Position numbers and translations under genes: made by a program. Shown piece after piece: positions 61,750-64,000 of a DNA stretch of 64,000 nucleotides; the stretch's first letter is position 1; each line of letters opens with the position of its first letter. The notes under the pieces were generated by a model, which was given only the letters and a program-made list of their open reading frames with translations, made no database searches and had not been told where the DNA came from. Source of the stretch: Macrostomum lignano (taxonomy: Eukaryota); contig NIVC01000754.1 in assembly GCA_002269645.1 (NCBI GenBank), forward strand, positions 248,001 through 312,000, read 5' to 3'.

Positions 61750-64000
61750 GTGAGACAGAAAGACAAATAGAGACACTGGGACACAGACACTGAGACACCG
61801 AGTCACCGAGACACTTGGACACTGGGACACTGGGACTCTGAGACACTGAGACACCAAGACACTAGTACACTGAGACATTGAGACACTGGGACTCTGAGAC
61901 ACTGGGACTCTGAGACACTGGGACTCTGAGACACTGGGACTCTGAGACACTGGGACTCTGAGACACTGGGACTCTGAGACACTGGGACTCTGAGACACTG
62001 GGACTCTGAGACACTGGGACTCTGAGACACTGGGACTCTGAGACACTGGGACTCTGAGACACTGGGACTCTGAGACACTGGGACTCTGAGACACTGGGAC
62101 TCTGAGACACTGGGACTCTGAGACACTGGGACTCTGAGACACTGGGACTCTGAGACACTGGGACTCTGAGACACTGGGACTCTGAGACACTGGGACTCTG
62201 AGACACTGGGACTCTGAGACACTGGGACTCTGAGACACTGGGACTCTGAGACACTGGGACTCTGAGACACTGGGACTCTGAGACACTGGGACTCTGAGAC
62301 ACTGGGACTCTGAGACACTGGGACTCTGAGACACTGGGACTCTGAGACACTGGGACTCTGAGACACTGGGACTCTGAGACACTGGGACTCTGAGACACTG
62401 GGACTCTGAGACACTGGGACTCTGAGACACTGGGACTCTGAGACACTGGGACTCTGAGACACTGGGACTCTGAGACACTGGGACTCTGAGACACTGGGAC
62501 TCTGAGACACTGGGACTCTGAGACACTGGGACTCTGAGACACTGGGACTCTGAGACACTGGGACTCTGAGACACTGGGACTCTGAGACACTGGGACTCTG
62601 AGACACTGGGACTCTGAGACACTGGGACTCTGAGACACTGGGACTCTGAGACACTGGGACTCTGAGACACTGGGACTCTGAGACACTGGGACTCTGAGAC
62701 ACTGGGACTCTGAGACACTGGGACTCTGAGACACTGGGACTCTGAGACACTGGGACTCTGAGACACTGGGACTCTGAGACACTGGGACTCTGAGACACTG
62801 GGACTCTGAGACACTGGGACTCTGAGACACTGGGACTCTGAGACACTGGGACTCTGAGACACTGGGACTCTGAGACACTGGGACTCTGAGACACTGGGAC
62901 TCTGAGACACTGGGACTCTGAGACACTGGGACTCTGAGACACTGGGACTCTGAGACACTGGGACTCTGAGACACTGGGACTCTGAGACACTGGGACTCTG
63001 AGACACTGGGACTCTGAGACACTGGGACTCTGAGACACTGGGACTCTGAGACACTGGGACTCTGAGACACTGGGACTCTGAGACACTGGGACTCTGAGAC
63101 ACTGGGACTCTGAGACACTGGGACTCTGAGACACTGGGACTCTGAGACACTGGGACTCTGAGACACTGGGACTCTGAGACACTGGGACTCTGAGACACTG
63201 GGACTCTGAGACACTGGGACTCTGAGACACTGGGACTCTGAGACACTGGGACTCTGAGACACTGGGACTCTGAGACACTGGGACTCTGAGACACTGGGAC
63301 TCTGAGACACTGGGACTCTGAGACACTGGGACTCTGAGACACTGGGACTCTGAGACACTGGGACTCTGAGACACTGGGACTCTGAGACACTGGGACTCTG
63401 AGACACTGGGACTCTGAGACACTGGGACTCTGAGACACTGGGACTCTGAGACACTGGGACTCTGAGACACTGGGACTCTGAGACACTGGGACTCTGAGAC
63501 ACTGGGACTCTGAGACACTGGGACTCTGAGACACTGGGACTCTGAGACACTGGGACTCTGAGACACTGGGACTCTGAGACACTGGGACTCTGAGACACTG
63601 GGACTCTGAGACACTGGGACTCTGAGACACTGGGACTCTGAGACACTGGGACTCTGAGACACTGGGACTCTGAGACACTGGGACTCTGAGACACTGGGAC
63701 TCTGAGACACTGGGACTCTGAGACACTGGGACTCTGAGACACTGGGACTCTGAGACACTGGGACTCTGAGACACTGGGACTCTGAGACACTGGGACTCTG
63801 AGACACTGGGACTCTGAGACACTGGGACTCTGAGACACTGGGACTCTGAGACACTGGGACTCTGAGACACTGGGACACAAGCCACCAAGACACTGAGACA
63901 CTGAGACACTTGGACTCTGAGACACCAAGACACTAGGACACTGAGATACTGAGACACCAAGACACTAGGACACTGAGATACTGAGACACCAAGACACTAG
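61750..64000. repeat. 16-bp minisatellite (tgagacactgggactc), perfect over about 61890-63870
   Basis: Direct inspection; runs to the window edge with degenerate flanks. Confidence 0.96.

Noticed and set aside
61720-63960. About 700-aa ORFs in three minus-strand frames
   Set aside because: A stop-free 16-bp repeat; same 16-aa cycle in every frame.

Overview
Eukaryotic (metazoan) genomic DNA, intron-rich and dense with short tandem repeats; almost every intron carries its own minisatellite. This texture and the gene content suggest a flatworm such as Macrostomum, which is inference only. Most long ORFs in the supplied track are repeat artefacts. Genes reconstructed by hand from GT-AG junctions and reading-frame phase: (1) a minus-strand ankyrin-repeat caspase (3754-9297, 7 exons, about 657 aa, intact His-Gly and QACRG); (2) a minus-strand paralogue with the same four-exon ankyrin cassette fused instead to two STE11/MAP3K-like kinase domains and starting with a myristoylation-type MGSEAS (18229-23782, about 942 aa if both kinases are spliced in); (3) prefoldin subunit 5; (4) NUDT2-like Ap4A hydrolase; (5) a Gln-rich orphan gene; (6) a class B (secretin-family) GPCR over about 42.3-61 kb with two tandem hormone-receptor ectodomain exons. 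Also present: a PAN/apple-domain exon, a dead 5'-truncated RTE-like LINE and a hAT-type MITE with an 8-bp TSD. The main finding is the ankyrin cassette with swapped effectors (caspase versus tandem kinase). Homology between the two genes ends inside a shared intronic satellite, and their amino-acid differences cluster on the predicted ankyrin binding face, as expected for a modular sensor-effector, possibly innate-immune, system. All coordinates were read by eye; repeat boundaries are approximate.
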